A DNA stretch of 64,000 nt from Bacteroidota bacterium (lineage in GTDB: Bacteria; Bacteroidota; Bacteroidia; AKYH767-A; 2013-40CM-41-45). A program made the translations under genes and the position numbers. The notes beneath the pieces were generated by a model. That model saw only the letters and a program-made list of their open reading frames with translations. It searched no databases and was not told where the DNA came from. Each line of letters opens with the position of its first letter. Positions within the stretch are counted from its first letter, which is position 1. The stretch is from NCBI GenBank assembly GCA_016721305.1, contig JADKIH010000016.1, positions 11,037 through 75,036 of the forward strand. The letters run 5' to 3'. Below are positions 39,589-49,479 of the stretch, piece by piece.

Positions 39589-41076
39589 ATGGCAAAGACG
39601 AAATCAAAAAAGAACGTTGCAATAAAATTCGATACTGACTGGAAATACGATCCGGCTCCGGAAAGCAAGGATCATATCCGCTTACAGGAGTCGTACGACT
39701 TATTCATCAACGGTGAATTCAGCAAGCCTTCTTCAGGAAAATATTTTGAAACCATTAATCCGGCTAATGAAAAGAAGCTAGCTATGGTTGCCGACGCCAA
39801 CGAAAAAGATGTTGATCGGGCCGTCACGTCAGCTCGTACGGCTTATGATAAAACATGGTCGAAAATGCCCGCAAAAGAGCGGGGTAAATACATCTATCGT
39901 ATTGCACGTATCATGCAGGAGCGCGCTCGCGAGTTAGCCGTTATCGAATCAATGGATGGCGGAAAAGCTATTCGTGAATCACGCGATGTAGATGTTCCTT
40001 TAGCAGCCGCACACTTCTTCTACTATGCAGGCTGGGCCGATAAAGTTAAGTATGCCGTTCCGGGAGCTTCCGCAAAACCGTTGGGAGTAGCCGGACAAAT
40101 TATTCCGTGGAATTTCCCGTTGCTCATGGCAGCATGGAAAATCGCTCCTGCTCTTGCAGCAGGAAATACAGTTGTATTGAAGCCGGCTGAAACGACTCCG
40201 CTTACAGCATTGAAGTTAGCTGAGATTATTCGCGATGCAGATTTACCTCCGGGAGTTGTAAATATCATTACAGGTGCCGGCGCTACAGGTGCTGCTTTGG
40301 TGAATCATCCGGGTATTGATAAGATTGCTTTTACAGGAAGCACAGATGTAGGCAAGATTATTCAGAAAGCCATTGCCGGAACAAATAAGAAATATACTCT
40401 TGAATTAGGTGGTAAAGCTGCCAATATCATTTTCGAAGATGCGGCGATTGATCAGGCGGTTGAAGGTATCATCAACGGTATCTTCTTCAATCAAGGTCAC
40501 GTTTGTTGCGCAGGTTCTCGATTGTTCATTCAGGAAAGTGTTGCGAAGAAAGTTATTCGCAAGCTGAAAGACAGAATGGAAACCCTTATCGTCGGTGATC
40601 CGCTTGATAAGAATACAGACATCGGTGCTATCAATTCAAAAATGCAGCTTGATAAGATTAAGCAGTATTTGAAAATCGGTGTAAACGAAGGAGGAGAAAT
40701 GTTCCAGACTTCTTGCTCAGTGCCTTCGAAAGGTTTCTGGTGTAAGCCGACATTGTTTACGAATGTATCGCAATCGTCGCGCATTGTTCAGGAGGAAATC
40801 TTCGGACCGGTATTAGCGATTCAAACATTCAGAACGGTTGAAGAAGTGATTGAAAAAGCAAACAACATTCCTTACGGATTAAGTGGTGGTGTTTGGACAG
40901 ATAAAGGTTCAAAGATTTTCAAAGTAACATCAGCACTTCGTGCAGGTGTGGTTTGGGCAAATACGTATAATAAATTTGATCCAACCTCTCCTTTTGGAGG
41001 CTACAAAGAAAGTGGAGTAGGACGCGAAGGCGGTTTGCATGGCCTTATGCCGTATTTGGAAGTTGAACACAATTAA
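39589..41076 (+). CDS. NAD(P)-dependent aldehyde dehydrogenase
   Basis: PWNFPL, catalytic Glu motif LELGGKAANI and catalytic Cys motif FFNQGHVCCAGSR. 495 aa. Confidence 0.9.
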   Translation: MAKTKSKKNVAIKFDTDWKYDPAPESKDHIRLQESYDLFINGEFSKPSSGKYFETINPANEKKLAMVADANEKDVDRAVTSARTAYDKTWSKMPAKERGKYIYRIARIMQERARELAVIESMDGGKAIRESRDVDVPLAAAHFFYYAGWADKVKYAVPGASAKPLGVAGQIIPWNFPLLMAAWKIAPALAAGNTVVLKPAETTPLTALKLAEIIRDADLPPGVVNIITGAGATGAALVNHPGIDKIAFTGSTDVGKIIQKAIAGTNKKYTLELGGKAANIIFEDAAIDQAVEGIINGIFFNQGHVCCAGSRLFIQESVAKKVIRKLKDRMETLIVGDPLDKNTDIGAINSKMQLDKIKQYLKIGVNEGGEMFQTSCSVPSKGFWCKPTLFTNVSQSSRIVQEEIFGPVLAIQTFRTVEEVIEKANNIPYGLSGGVWTDKGSKIFKVTSALRAGVVWANTYNKFDPTSPFGGYKESGVGREGGLHGLMPYLEVEHN

Positions 41077-41091
41077 GATTATAAAAAGAAA

Positions 41092-42027
41092 TTGAAAATG
41101 GATCAGGCAGAAAAAAGTAAAACTGAAACTATCAACGGTGCTCACGTGAACGGACAATCCGGCAAAAGCGGACGTCTCGACGTGTTGAAGACCTATAAAA
41201 TATACATCGACGGAAAATTTCCTCGTACTGAGTCGGGTCGTTATTACATTCTGAACGATAAGAGCGGAAATACGCTGGCAAATATCTGTCAGAGCTCCCG
41301 TAAAGATTTTCGTGAAGCCGTTGTTGCTGCACGTAAAGCTCAACCGGGCTGGACAGGAAAGTCGGCTTACAATCGCAGCCAGATTCTTTACCGCATTGCA
41401 GAAATGCTCGAAGGACGTCGTGCGCAATTTGTCGATGAGCTGACGAAACAGGGAAGCACAACTGCTCAAGCGGAAAATGAAGTGAGCTTGTCTGTCGATC
41501 GTTTAGTGTATTATGCAGGCTGGTGCGACAAGTATCAGCAAGTGTTCAGTGCGGTGAATCCGGTTGAATCGTCACACTTCAATTTCTCCGTTGCAGAGCC
41601 GACAGGAGTTGTGTCTGCATTGTCGCCTGAGAATTACGGACTCATCGGATTAGTATCTGTTATAGCTCCCGCAGTTGCAGGAGGAAATACGATTATCGTT
41701 TTAGCTTCGTCAGAAAAGCCGCTGTGCGCAGTTACTTTCGGCGAAGTAATAAATTCTTCTGATGTTCCGGGCGGAGTAGTGAATCTGCTTACCGGTTATC
41801 GTTCTGAATTGATTTCGCATTTCGCCAATCACATGGATGTAAATGCCATTGTTTATTGCGACGATGTTCAGGAAGAAATTTCTAAGGTGAAAGAATTATC
41901 GGCGATGAATGTAAAACGCGCCGTTGTATATAAAGACGATAACTGGATGAAAGAATCGTCGCACAATGGCTATCGCATTATGGATTTGCAGGAAATTAAA
42001 ACAACCTGGCATCCGATCGGACAATAA
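41092..42027 (+). CDS. ALDH-family paralog lacking the catalytic domain
   Basis: It aligns by eye with the N-terminal and cofactor-binding half of the upstream ALDH (YIDGKF..., YYAGWCDKY, PGGVVNLLTG). It goes directly from the position of ELGGK to a C-terminal tail (EIKTTWHPIGQ). No ELGG or catalytic Cys is present. 311 aa. Confidence 0.7.
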   Translation: MKMDQAEKSKTETINGAHVNGQSGKSGRLDVLKTYKIYIDGKFPRTESGRYYILNDKSGNTLANICQSSRKDFREAVVAARKAQPGWTGKSAYNRSQILYRIAEMLEGRRAQFVDELTKQGSTTAQAENEVSLSVDRLVYYAGWCDKYQQVFSAVNPVESSHFNFSVAEPTGVVSALSPENYGLIGLVSVIAPAVAGGNTIIVLASSEKPLCAVTFGEVINSSDVPGGVVNLLTGYRSELISHFANHMDVNAIVYCDDVQEEISKVKELSAMNVKRAVVYKDDNWMKESSHNGYRIMDLQEIKTTWHPIGQ

Positions 42028-42029
42028 GT

Positions 42030-42611
42030 ATGGCAGAAGACATTTTCCCGCCGCATTCATTGGTAAGTCGTGAGGAAAGATCCCGACTTCTGAAGCAGCA
42101 ACCGCTCGTTATCTGGATGACCGGACTTAGTGGTTCGGGAAAGACAACGCTGGCTAAATTGCTCGAGAAAGAATTGCTGGAGCGCGGTAAAATTGCTTAT
42201 TCGCTCGACGGTGATACACTGCGTGCCGGACTCAATAAGGATTTAGGATTCAGTGATGCCGACCGGAAAGAGAATGTCCGTCGTGCCGGGGAAATATGTC
42301 GGGTTTTGGCCGATGCCGGAATGATAGTAATTACTTCTTTCATTTCACCATTCAAAGCTGACCGCGATGCAGTGCGAGCACTTTTTCCCAAAGGGCAATT
42401 TATCGAGGTGTACGTAAAAGCATCCATCGAGGCCTGTGAAAAGCGCGACACAAAAGGCCTGTACAAAAAAGCAAGAGCCGGAGAAATCAAAAACTTTACC
42501 GGAATTGATTCACCTTACGAAGCGCCTGAGAAGGCAGAAGTTGTTGTGGATACGGAGAGTGAGAGTGTGGAGAAGAGCGTTTCGAAGTTGCTTACTTGCC
42601 TGGGAATTTAG
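42030..42611 (+). CDS. cysC: Adenylyl-sulfate (APS) kinase
   Basis: P-loop MTGLSGSGKTTLA, DGD.LR motif (LDGDTLRAGLNKDLGFS) and FISPF. The start is 2 nt after the ALDH-like stop. Confidence 0.9.
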   Translation: MAEDIFPPHSLVSREERSRLLKQQPLVIWMTGLSGSGKTTLAKLLEKELLERGKIAYSLDGDTLRAGLNKDLGFSDADRKENVRRAGEICRVLADAGMIVITSFISPFKADRDAVRALFPKGQFIEVYVKASIEACEKRDTKGLYKKARAGEIKNFTGIDSPYEAPEKAEVVVDTESESVEKSVSKLLTCLGI

Positions 42612-42707
42612 CCGGCAAAATTTCAAAAAAATACTCCGATTTTTATATCTTTACCCCACTATCAAGTGATTATTTTGTTTAAAATCTAAGCATCTAAGCA
42701 ACAACTA

Positions 42708-43640
42708 ATGTTCTCCTACAACCTAAACCACCTAAACGAACTCGAAGCCGAAAGCATTTTCGTGATTCGTGAAGTTGCAGCTCAGTTTGAGCGGCCGGTG
42801 TTGTTGTTTAGCGGAGGGAAAGATTCAATCATTACATCTTATCTGGCCCAAAAGGCATTTTATCCGGCGAAGATTCCTTTTGCCTTAATGCATATTGATA
42901 CAGGTCATAATTTCGAAGAGACGATTGCTTTTCGCGATCAATGGGTCGATAAATTGAAAGTGAAATTGATTGTACGTTCTGTCCAGTCATCGATCGATAA
43001 AGGAAGAGTGGTAGAGGAGAAGGGTCCGATGGCCAGCCGGAATTCGTTGCAGACGATTACTTTGCTTGATGCCATCGAAGAATTCCGTTTCGATGCAGCA
43101 ATTGGTGGAGCCCGCCGCGACGAAGAGAAAGCTCGTGCAAAAGAACGTTTCTTTTCTCATCGCGATGAATTCGGTCAGTGGGAACCTAAGAATCAACGTC
43201 CGGAATTGTGGACTTTATTTAACGGACGAAAAAATCACGGAGAGCATTTTCGTATTTTCCCGTTGAGTAACTGGACAGAATTAGACATCTGGAATTATAT
43301 ACAAAGAGAAAATCTGGATCTGCCGTCGATTTACTTCGCACACAAGCGTAAAGTATTCCGTCGTCAGAATTCTATATATGCATTTGCAGATTTCATGCAA
43401 TTGCTCCCTGAAGAAAAAACAGAAGAACTTACTGTTCGCTTCCGAACCATCGGTGATATGACATGTACCGGAGCTATGGAATCACAAGCTCACGATATCA
43501 AATCAATCATCGCCGAACTTCTCACCTCACGCCTCACCGAACGCGGAACCCGCATCGACGATCAGCGGAGTGAGAGTGCGATGGAGGATAGGAAGAAGCA
43601 GGGGTATTTTTTAGCATTAGTTAATTCGTTAATTAGCTAA
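42708..43640 (+). CDS. cysD: Sulfate adenylyltransferase subunit 2
   Basis: PP-loop LLFSGGKDS and conserved ...MEDRKKQGYF near the end. A 9-aa tail (LALVNSLIS) follows the usual GYF terminus. Confidence 0.9.
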   Translation: MFSYNLNHLNELEAESIFVIREVAAQFERPVLLFSGGKDSIITSYLAQKAFYPAKIPFALMHIDTGHNFEETIAFRDQWVDKLKVKLIVRSVQSSIDKGRVVEEKGPMASRNSLQTITLLDAIEEFRFDAAIGGARRDEEKARAKERFFSHRDEFGQWEPKNQRPELWTLFNGRKNHGEHFRIFPLSNWTELDIWNYIQRENLDLPSIYFAHKRKVFRRQNSIYAFADFMQLLPEEKTEELTVRFRTIGDMTCTGAMESQAHDIKSIIAELLTSRLTERGTRIDDQRSESAMEDRKKQGYFLALVNSLIS

Positions 43641-43770
43641 GGTTTAATGTGAGCATAGGGAATGATTGACCTGGGAAATCATTATTTAATTATGTAATGA
43701 TAGTTATATAGGATTGCCAATAATTAGCTAATCAGCCAATCAGAAAATTAACCGAATCAACTAAAACAAG

Positions 43771-45030
43771 ATGCCCACCCGCCAAGACATAGAACTCCTT
43801 CGTTTCACCACATGTGGTAGTGTGGATGACGGGAAAAGTACGCTCATTGGGCGGTTGCTTTTGGATACACGTAATATTTTTGAGGATCAGTTGCAGGCGT
43901 TGAAGGCTTCGAGCGAGAGACGGGGATTGTCGGAAATGGATTTGTCGTTGCTGACGGATGGATTGAAGGCAGAGAGAGAGCAGGGAATTACCATCGACGT
44001 AGCTTACCGTTATTTTTCTACTCCAAAAAGAAAGTTCATTATATCTGATGCTCCCGGACATTTGCAGTATACGCGCAATATGGTGACGGGTGCATCAACG
44101 GCCAATCTGGCTTTGATCCTGATTGATGCCCGTAAAGGAATGGTTGAGCAAACTCGACGACATGCATTTATTGCCAGCTTGCTGGGAATTCCGCATATGG
44201 TTGTTTGCATAAATAAAATGGATCTGGTCGATTGGGATCAGACAGTGTATGAAAATATTGTTGAAGAATTCCGAATGTTTTCTTCACGCCTGGATACACA
44301 GGATATTCAGTTCATTCCAATCAGCGCTAAGTTTGGCGATAATGTAGTAGACCGTTCGAAGAACATGAACTGGTACGAAGGAAGTACGCTCATGTTTAAT
44401 CTGGAAAACGTCCACATCAGCGGCGATCAAAATCACATCGATTGTCGGTTCCCTGTTCAATATGTTATTCGTCCGCAAGATGATCAGTTTCACGATTACC
44501 GTGCGTATTCAGGAAGAATCATCGGCGGTGTTTTTCGTCCGGGCGATAAAGTGATGGTCTTGCCTTCCGGTTTTACATCTAAGATTTCAAAAATCAATGT
44601 AGCTGATCGGGAAGTGTCCGAAGGTTTTTCACCTATGTCAGTTTCAATTCAGCTCGAAGATGATGTTGATATCAGTCGTGGCGATATGCTCGTCCGTGAA
44701 AACAATCTACCACAGACGGGACAGGAAATTGATGTGATGATTTGCTGGATGAACGAAAAGCCATTGATGGAAGGGAAAAGATACGTGCTCCGTCACACCA
44801 CACGCGAGTTGCGCTGTATGATCAAGGAGATTCGGTATAAAATTGATATTACCACCTTGCGTCGTCTCGAAAACGAAAAGCAACTTGGCATGAATGATAT
44901 TGGACGAATTCATCTTCGCACCACTCTGCCATTGTATTATGACAGTTACCGACGCAATCGCAATACGGGGAGTTTGATTCTCGTCGATGAAGCCACCAAT
45001 GAAACTGTTGGAGCCGGAATGATTCTCTGA
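43771..45030 (+). CDS. cysN: Sulfate adenylyltransferase subunit 1 (GTPase)
   Basis: G1 motif CGSVDDGKSTL, G3 motif DAPGH and G4 motif NKMD. 419 aa. Confidence 0.9.
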   Translation: MPTRQDIELLRFTTCGSVDDGKSTLIGRLLLDTRNIFEDQLQALKASSERRGLSEMDLSLLTDGLKAEREQGITIDVAYRYFSTPKRKFIISDAPGHLQYTRNMVTGASTANLALILIDARKGMVEQTRRHAFIASLLGIPHMVVCINKMDLVDWDQTVYENIVEEFRMFSSRLDTQDIQFIPISAKFGDNVVDRSKNMNWYEGSTLMFNLENVHISGDQNHIDCRFPVQYVIRPQDDQFHDYRAYSGRIIGGVFRPGDKVMVLPSGFTSKISKINVADREVSEGFSPMSVSIQLEDDVDISRGDMLVRENNLPQTGQEIDVMICWMNEKPLMEGKRYVLRHTTRELRCMIKEIRYKIDITTLRRLENEKQLGMNDIGRIHLRTTLPLYYDSYRRNRNTGSLILVDEATNETVGAGMIL

Positions 45031-45070
45031 TCAGTTTCAATTTATCCGCACTCATAAATTTTTTGCATAT

Positions 45071-45874
45071 ATGTCTGAACAATCCATTGCCCAACTTCTG
45101 ATAAATGCTGTTCAGACTTCCTTTCGGGCAGGATCTGAAATCATGAAGATTTACGATTTGGCTTTTGAAGTTGAACTAAAAGGAGATCTTTCACCTCTTA
45201 CGGAAGCAGATAAGGCGTCGCATGAACTTATTATAAAGGAGCTGTCGGCTTTTGGTTATCCCATTCTCAGCGAAGAAGGAAAATCGATTCCGTTTGAGGA
45301 ACGCACGGCCTGGACAAAATACTGGTGCGTGGATCCGCTCGATGGAACTAAGGAGTTTATCAAGCGAAATGGCGAGTTTACTGTGAATATTGCTCTGATG
45401 GATAAGGACACGCCAATTATGGGAGTCATTTACCAGCCGGTCAAAGAAGTGGCTTTTGCGGCTATTGTCGGAGGAAATGTTTATCGAATTGACTCGGCCG
45501 GTTTAGGCAAATTGTCAGCCGATACTCTGGACTCATACCGACTTACTGATACAGAAATCTCTTCGCAGGGGGAAATAAAAGTAGTTGCCAGCCGTTCTCA
45601 TCGCTCTGTCGAGACCGAAGATTTTATAGCGGACTTAAAAAAGCAAGGTTCAAAGGTTTTACTGGTTAACTCCGGAAGTGCTCTGAAATTTTGCTTACTT
45701 GCCGAAGGGAAAGCCGATATCTATCCCCGCTTTGCTCCAACGATGGAATGGGATACAGCTGCCGGGCATGCGATTCTAAAAGCCTGCGGCAGAAATATCA
45801 TCCTTTATCCGGGAACGGCAGAGATGAAATACAACAAACCTTCACTTGTTAATGACTGGTTCATTGCCCGATAA
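45071..45874 (+). CDS. cysQ: 3'(2'),5'-bisphosphate nucleotidase (PAP phosphatase)
   Basis: Inositol-monophosphatase family motifs: LSEE, WCVDPLDGTKEF and EWDTAAG. Confidence 0.85.
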   Translation: MSEQSIAQLLINAVQTSFRAGSEIMKIYDLAFEVELKGDLSPLTEADKASHELIIKELSAFGYPILSEEGKSIPFEERTAWTKYWCVDPLDGTKEFIKRNGEFTVNIALMDKDTPIMGVIYQPVKEVAFAAIVGGNVYRIDSAGLGKLSADTLDSYRLTDTEISSQGEIKVVASRSHRSVETEDFIADLKKQGSKVLLVNSGSALKFCLLAEGKADIYPRFAPTMEWDTAAGHAILKACGRNIILYPGTAEMKYNKPSLVNDWFIAR

Positions 45875-47189
45875 AATTCGTAGTATCATTCAGCGTTTCC
45901 GGAATGATAAGGAATATGCTGAACTTATTCGGACAAGTTTTCTTGCCTTGCTGGTACGAATGGCCGGAGTTATTACAGGCTTCGTTGTTACTCTTCTTAC
46001 TTCCCGTTTTTTTGGCGCTGATGCATTGGGCCTGGTTTCAATCTGTCTGGCGATACTAAGTTTTGCCTCTGTTTTCGGAAAGCTCGGACTCGATGTTGCT
46101 CTCATGAAATTTGTAGCTGAATATGCTATGAAAAATGATTACGGTACTATCAAGGCAATTTACCTGTCGGCGATGAAAGTGATTCTACCGCTAACACTGC
46201 TGATATCTGTTGCTCTTTATTTTCTTTCCGGTTTTATTGCAGAAAATTATTTTCATAAACCGTATCTGGAAGCAATTCTAAAAATCAATGCGTGGCTTGC
46301 CTTGCCGCTTGTTTTGATATTGGTGAACTCAGAATGTATTCGTGGACTGAAGAAGATTCGCGCATATACTTTTTTTCAAACTGTCTCGGTCAGTTTTTTT
46401 GCAATGATCGTATTGCTCATCGTTTCGCAAACTCATTCAGAAAAAGAAGTTCCGGCTTATGTGCAATTTGGTTGCATAGGCTTATCGGGTACACTAAGCT
46501 TAATTCTGTGGCTTTACTACAGCAAGTTTACTACATCCAAAGTTGTCGAGAAATTTCCTTTGCGCGAATTGATGAAAACTTCTTCGCCGATGTTTTTCAC
46601 AACACTCATGCAATTGCTGATGTCGTGGGCAGGAACGTTAATTCTCGCTGCGTGGAGTACGGAATCAGACGTAGGTATTTATAACGCACTCGTCCGTATT
46701 TCTGTCTTTACGAATATTACTATTCTTGCAATCAATAGTCTGGCAATGCCCCGCTTCGCTGAAGCATATGCGGCAGGGAAATATGATTTACTCAAGCAGA
46801 ATTCGCGTGAATCGTCACGCTTGATATTTGTAACTTCCTTGCCAATTTTCGTTGTCTTGTCGCTTTGCCCGGCTTTCGTTCTTTCTGTTTTCGGGAAGGA
46901 ATTCCCGAGCCATGAGGAAGCGCTTTATGTTCTTTTAGCAGGTCAGTTCATTATTACCTTCGTTGGGCTTCCTTCTCAAATCCTGAATATGACGGGTCGG
47001 CAACATGTGTTAAGGAATATTGCCATCGTTTCGGCGATCGTTAATATTACCTCTTGCCTGATACTTACGCCGGCTTACGGACTTATGGGTACTTGTATCG
47101 GACAGGTTTTTGGGATATTTACGTGGACTTTACTCTGCGTTCTGAGTGTGAAACGCCATTTTGGCTTTTACACGTTCTTTAGCCTTTAA
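45852..47189 (+). CDS. wzx: Polysaccharide flippase (Wzx, MOP superfamily)
   Basis: About 12 TM segments in the typical Wzx arrangement. The ATG at 45852 overlaps the cysQ end by 23 nt. Confidence 0.7.
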   Translation: MTGSLPDKIRSIIQRFRNDKEYAELIRTSFLALLVRMAGVITGFVVTLLTSRFFGADALGLVSICLAILSFASVFGKLGLDVALMKFVAEYAMKNDYGTIKAIYLSAMKVILPLTLLISVALYFLSGFIAENYFHKPYLEAILKINAWLALPLVLILVNSECIRGLKKIRAYTFFQTVSVSFFAMIVLLIVSQTHSEKEVPAYVQFGCIGLSGTLSLILWLYYSKFTTSKVVEKFPLRELMKTSSPMFFTTLMQLLMSWAGTLILAAWSTESDVGIYNALVRISVFTNITILAINSLAMPRFAEAYAAGKYDLLKQNSRESSRLIFVTSLPIFVVLSLCPAFVLSVFGKEFPSHEEALYVLLAGQFIITFVGLPSQILNMTGRQHVLRNIAIVSAIVNITSCLILTPAYGLMGTCIGQVFGIFTWTLLCVLSVKRHFGFYTFFSL

Positions 47190-47281
47190 TTCTCCAAAGC
47201 GCTTCTTTTCCTCCTTCATTTGTGGCCGGAAGACCTCAAAATTCCCTTTAGGTTTTGTACTTTCGTCGCTAGACAAAACAG

Positions 47282-48574
47282 ATGCTGAACGACGCCTTGC
47301 ATACTAAATTACATCCGCTGCTTGCATATACGCTGCTGTTTTTGATCTATACGTCTACGTTCCGAATATTTGCCACTTTACCTTTGGAGAGTATTCACCA
47401 ATCGTTGTCGACATTCGCCATCATACTCCTTTCGGGTTATTATTTGTTGAGCATGTTTCTCAACTTTCGTCGTAGCCGAATTACAAGGCTCGATATTTTG
47501 ATGTGGGTTTTTATCATCGTTAACTTCCTGGCCGCATTCAAAGGGCATGAGGTTTTTGGACAACCATACTACTACGGCATCATGGCTCAACGTTCGGTCT
47601 TGCTCTCGCTCTCCGGAATATTGCTGATATCGCTTCTGAATAAGGGATGGATTACCATTAATCAAGTAGAAAAATCATTCCTCTATATTTCACTGTCGCT
47701 CTTATTCATTTTCTACTTCTTCTTCCTCTTTGTTAACCCTGTGAAATTTACGGATGCCGAATTCGTTGCCTACTCTCCAATTCGCGGTTATCGCTACCGT
47801 TTCCAATTTGCCCTGGTTATCATGCTCTTGTTTTATTCGTTGTTTAAAATATCGCATGAACAAAAATCGCGTTTTGTGATCATCGCAATTATGATCTTAT
47901 TCTATCTGATCTATTTCCTTCAGTCGAGAACAACGTTGGTGGTATTAGCCATTACAATCATGATTTATTTCGCCCGTAATTTTACGACGAGGGAGAAACT
48001 TAGAAATACAATGATCTATGGTGGATTGGGATTCGTAGCTGTTACGTTATTGTTTTCGTTGGGATATACATCGCTCTTTGATAAATACCATTTGCTTTAT
48101 CAGAACGTGTTTAATGTATTTTTGGGTGAATCTCCGGATGAAGCATCTTCGGCTGTACGGTTTATGGAGTTTAATACGGCTTTAGATTATATCAAAAAGA
48201 ATCCACTCCTCGGAAACGGATTTATTTCGAATCAATGGAATGGAGGGTGGCACGATTTACTTGGGTATTTTTATCCGGTCGATATTGGCATTTTAGGAAA
48301 TGTTTTCGTATTCGGGATTCTTGGTACTGTCGTTATTTATCTTCCGTTTTTCTATTCATTGTCGATGTCAAGAAAGGTGAGAACGAATCACGTGTTTTTC
48401 AAAACGTGTGAGTACATGCTCCTGTTTTTCTTCCTCTGTATGTTCTTCTCCGCAGTAAATATTCGGGACTCAAGCAGTATTATCTTCCTGGTTTGTTTGC
48501 TCTATTATTTCAGATATCATTATTCACCGCAGACTGATGTATATTCAGTTTCGCCAAATCCTGTTACGACATGA
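47282..48574 (+). CDS. O-antigen polymerase/ligase-family membrane protein (Wzy-like)
   Basis: Polytopic membrane protein with one larger loop (about 48.1-48.3 kb, NGF..NQWNGGWH), as in the Wzy/O-antigen ligase family. Confidence 0.6.
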   Translation: MLNDALHTKLHPLLAYTLLFLIYTSTFRIFATLPLESIHQSLSTFAIILLSGYYLLSMFLNFRRSRITRLDILMWVFIIVNFLAAFKGHEVFGQPYYYGIMAQRSVLLSLSGILLISLLNKGWITINQVEKSFLYISLSLLFIFYFFFLFVNPVKFTDAEFVAYSPIRGYRYRFQFALVIMLLFYSLFKISHEQKSRFVIIAIMILFYLIYFLQSRTTLVVLAITIMIYFARNFTTREKLRNTMIYGGLGFVAVTLLFSLGYTSLFDKYHLLYQNVFNVFLGESPDEASSAVRFMEFNTALDYIKKNPLLGNGFISNQWNGGWHDLLGYFYPVDIGILGNVFVFGILGTVVIYLPFFYSLSMSRKVRTNHVFFKTCEYMLLFFFLCMFFSAVNIRDSSSIIFLVCLLYYFRYHYSPQTDVYSVSPNPVTT

Positions 48575-49479
48575 AGTTTCCTCAATTTATCGTAGCCGGA
48601 ACAGCGCGCGCCGGAACAACGGCTTTGTACGCCTATTTACGCCAGCACCCGCAGATTTTCCTTCCTGTTGTTAAGGAGCCTTGCTTCTTTACTTTCGCCG
48701 GCGAGGAAATTGAATTTACTAAAGGGAAATTTGCTTTTGCAGTGAACGATATTGAGGTTTACGGACAACTATATAAAAAGGCAGCAGAAGATCAGATTAC
48801 GGGTGATATTTCAACTCCCTATCTGTACAAGTACGAAAAGACAATATCAAACATTAAAATGCTTCACGATTATCCGGAGCAAATTAAAGTAATTATTATT
48901 CTTCGAAATCCGGTTGAGCGCGCCTACTCGCAGTACATGTGGCGAGTTCGTGATGGAAGGGAAGAGTTTACATTCGAAGAAGCGCTGGAGCAGGAAGCTA
49001 ATCGAATGAAAAAGAATTATAGCTTCGATTACTTCTATAAAGACAGGGGATTGTACTATGAACAGGTAAAGGCTTATTTGTCGAATTTCAAAAACGTCAA
49101 AATCTTTTTGTTTGAAGATTTGAAAACGAATCCGACACACACTCTTGCGGAAATTTGCAAATTCATAGGCGTGGATGACTCTTTTCATTTCGCCAAAAGA
49201 AATCCGAATGCCAGCTTTATTCCGAAATCGGCAATGTTGAGCAGATTAATGACAATAGAAAGCAAAACGAAATTTAAGCTTCTCAATTTTTTACCGGGCC
49301 AATTGCGATCAACTATTACTCAGCAATTGTTTAAACTGAATGCCTCTAAGCAAGAAATTCCAAAAATAAATCCGGATACAAGAACACGTTTAATAGAGTT
49401 CTTTCGTGATGACATATTAAAGCTGGAGCAATTAATTCAACGCGATTTGTCCGCATGGCTTGAGAAGGAGAAGGTATGA
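48571..49479 (+). CDS. PAPS-dependent sulfotransferase
   Basis: 5'-phosphosulfate-binding loop VAGTARAGTTALY and 3'-phosphate-binding motif ILRNPVERAYSQY. It overlaps the upstream gene by 4 nt. Confidence 0.85.
   Translation: MKFPQFIVAGTARAGTTALYAYLRQHPQIFLPVVKEPCFFTFAGEEIEFTKGKFAFAVNDIEVYGQLYKKAAEDQITGDISTPYLYKYEKTISNIKMLHDYPEQIKVIIILRNPVERAYSQYMWRVRDGREEFTFEEALEQEANRMKKNYSFDYFYKDRGLYYEQVKAYLSNFKNVKIFLFEDLKTNPTHTLAEICKFIGVDDSFHFAKRNPNASFIPKSAMLSRLMTIESKTKFKLLNFLPGQLRSTITQQLFKLNASKQEIPKINPDTRTRLIEFFRDDILKLEQLIQRDLSAWLEKEKV

Noticed and set aside
40930-41469. 179-aa minus-strand ORF spanning the junction of the two ALDH genes
   Set aside because: It is antisense to two plus-strand genes with strong family motifs and crosses their intergenic spacer. 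It has no signal, motif or plausible start context.
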